Assembly (NCBI GenBank): GCA_034670305.1
Contig: JAXMNT010000037.1
Location: forward strand, 14,308 to 78,307
Direction: 5' to 3'
Length of the DNA: 64,000 nucleotides
Origin: Deltaproteobacteria bacterium
GTDB taxonomy: Bacteria; Myxococcota_A; Polyangia; Polyangiales; Houyiibacteriaceae
Below, in pieces: positions 62,196 to 64,000 of this stretch. Both the position numbers and the translations under genes were made by a program. The notes under the pieces were generated by a model. The model saw only the letters and a program-made list of their open reading frames with translations. It did not search any database and was not told the DNA's origin. How positions within the stretch are numbered: the stretch's first letter is position 1; each line of letters opens with the position of its first letter.

Positions 62196-63688
62196 TCCTG
62201 CATTCCTCCTTCGATCCATTCCACGATGGTCGAAATCTCGGCGTCGCTGAGCGGCATGGTGGGTTCCTTCGGCATCTGGCCGGTGACGACCTGCGGTCGA
62301 ATGGCGGGGGCGAGGTTCACCCACGCCTCGTAGGTGCTGAGATCCGGCGGACCGGCTTCGTCGCTGGACGCGACGTGACAGTCGCTCAGGGCGCACGAGC
62401 GCTCCGCGATCGGCTGGACGGCCAGCGTCCACGAGCTGCCTTCGACCACTCGGTACGGCACGCGGCGGGTGGTGCCGGTGGTTTCTCCCGCGCCGTCCAG
62501 GGTCTCGAACTCGAGGACGTGCCAGCCGGAGGCGCCTGGGTTCATGTCGGCCACGGCGGCGGCACCGAGCACCAGATCCACCGTCGCCCTTCGTTCCCCG
62601 TCGATGCGCACTTCGAGTCCGGTGGGGCGCGCGTCTCCGAACCCATCGATGTGCATTTCGAGCGAGAGGGTGTTCGCCGCGGTGCGTTCGAAGGGGCGCA
62701 GTCCACGCACGTGGATCGAGGTGTCGAAGCTCGTCCGGCAGATCTGGCCGCCGCTCTGGACGAACGCACCGCCCGCCGCGAACGCGTCGACCTGGTCGAT
62801 GCCCGCCGTCGCGATCCCGGCCGGCAACCCGGTGAGATCCAACCGAGACCAAGTGCCTTCCGCGTCCGTGTCGGTGCGGCGCACGAAGAGCGCGTCTTCG
62901 GTGCCGACCCACAGGGTCCCACCGCCGCTCGCGAGGTGGCGCACCGGCGCGCCGAGCGTCGCTTCGCCGAACCCCACGTCGGGGTTGCCGAGGTGCACGA
63001 TGCGGCCGGCGGCGACCGCGACGTGTTCGTGGTGGCGGATCGGCGGAAGGCTGGGCGTGGAGAGTTCGTCGAGTCGCTGGATGCCTTCGTCGGAGAGCCG
63101 CCAGACATGTTCTCCGGCCATGTAGAGGTGCCCTTCGGCGCCCGCGCAGGATCCGTCGTGGTTCGCGAGCCAGCGCAGGCGTTCGAACATCGCCGGACCG
63201 GCCGGGTCGAGATGCCACCAGCGCTCCGACGACCGCTCGTGCAGGCCGCTGCTCGCCAGAACGTACGACTCGAGGTCACGCCGCGGATCCCCGCAGAAGG
63301 CGAGCGGGGTGCCGCCTTCGATTGGAAAGTGGATCGGCGCGGTGCCTTCGTCGCTCAAGAGCCAGAGGCGTCCATCGGCGATTGCCACGAGCTCGCGGTC
63401 GTTCAACGCGTGGGCGAACGTGATTTCTCCGGGCGGCAGGGCGACCTCGAGCGTGGGCGCGCCCGACCGAAGCACGGTGATGCCCGACTCGGTCCAGATC
63501 CACGCGTCGCCTTCGGGTCCCACCGAGAGCAGTTCTCCATCCATCGCCCGGCAATCGAACTCCGCCCCGAGCAAGGGGGTGGAATCGTTCAAGGCGACTG
63601 GACCCGGCGGCGGCGGCGGATCCTCGCGATCGCCCACGGTCTGTACGCCACAGGCGAAGACCAAAGGGAGGAGGGCGAGCGGACGCAT
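62192..63688 (-). CDS. Lipoprotein with a beta-propeller-like region and a C-terminal cytochrome-c-like domain
   Basis: VFA-C lipobox; VQPI..RSCALSDCH (CX4CH), G.MP, LS..EI..I..WI..G. Confidence 0.72.
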   Translation of the reverse strand: MRPLALLPLVFACGVQTVGDREDPPPPPGPVALNDSTPLLGAEFDCRAMDGELLSVGPEGDAWIWTESGITVLRSGAPTLEVALPPGEITFAHALNDRELVAIADGRLWLLSDEGTAPIHFPIEGGTPLAFCGDPRRDLESYVLASSGLHERSSERWWHLDPAGPAMFERLRWLANHDGSCAGAEGHLYMAGEHVWRLSDEGIQRLDELSTPSLPPIRHHEHVAVAAGRIVHLGNPDVGFGEATLGAPVRHLASGGGTLWVGTEDALFVRRTDTDAEGTWSRLDLTGLPAGIATAGIDQVDAFAAGGAFVQSGGQICRTSFDTSIHVRGLRPFERTAANTLSLEMHIDGFGDARPTGLEVRIDGERRATVDLVLGAAAVADMNPGASGWHVLEFETLDGAGETTGTTRRVPYRVVEGSSWTLAVQPIAERSCALSDCHVASSDEAGPPDLSTYEAWVNLAPAIRPQVVTGQMPKEPTMPLSDAEISTIVEWIEGGMQE

Positions 63689-63822
63689 GCGTTCGCAGTT
63701 TGCACAGCCCATGCCGGCCGGTTCTCCCGGGTTTGAGCCGCCGGTGGGGTGGCGAGCCCCCGGTCCCAACCCGCAAGCCCCACCGGAAGGTGGACGTCTG
63801 TCCCCAGTAGAACCAGGCCGCG

Positions 63823-64000
63823 CCGTCGCTGTCGCTGGTGGCTGTCGCTGTCGCTGTCCGCTGTCCGCTGTCGCTGTCTCTGTCTCTGTCTCTGTCTCTG
63901 TCTCTGTCTCTGTCTCTGTCTCTGTCTCTGTCTCTGTCTCTGTCTCTGTCTCTGTCTCTGTCTCTGTCTCTGTCTCTGTCTCTGTCTCTGTCTCTGTCTC
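63823..64000. repeat. Microsatellite: (GTCGCT)-like units, then 21 perfect TGTCTC units to the window end
   Basis: Pure (TGTCTC)n from 63875 to 64000. Confidence 0.97.

Overview
High-GC (roughly 70%) bacterial chromosomal segment, most likely Myxococcota (Polyangia/Sandaracinaceae-like). That assignment is inferred from a MYXO-CTERM-like tail, a Hanks-type Ser/Thr kinase next to a PEGA-like gene, and many Cys-rich lipoproteins. It carries about 55 CDS: housekeeping genes (dnaB, tkt, feoAB, trxB/trx, hpt, nupC, acyl-CoA ligase, fbaB, tadA, recA), a small polysaccharide locus (Wzc-like, two GT2, one GT-C, a methyltransferase) and a four-gene DUF1501/cytochrome-c operon. RNA genes are four tRNA-Ser (TGA, GCT, CGA, GGA), tRNA-Arg(ACG) and the SRP RNA. 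No integrase, transposase, cas gene or CRISPR array was seen. The most unusual signals are mostly non-coding. (i) A two-copy ~283-bp structured element next to ffs differs between copies almost only in short patches flanking an inner hairpin, which resembles guide or bridge RNA architecture. (ii) About 10 hexamer tracts, mostly (GCCGAN)n, sit between genes, and one lies inside nupC. (iii) A diverged, apparently selected duplicate of a gene 3' end lies next to the gene itself. (iv) A 21-bp-period repeat family occurs at three sites. (v) -10-like motifs abut many start codons, suggesting leaderless mRNAs. Also notable are a TerB-fused eukaryote-like PPP phosphatase facing a kinase, and an AbfD-type Fe-S dehydratase. 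All family assignments come from motif recognition by eye, not database searches.
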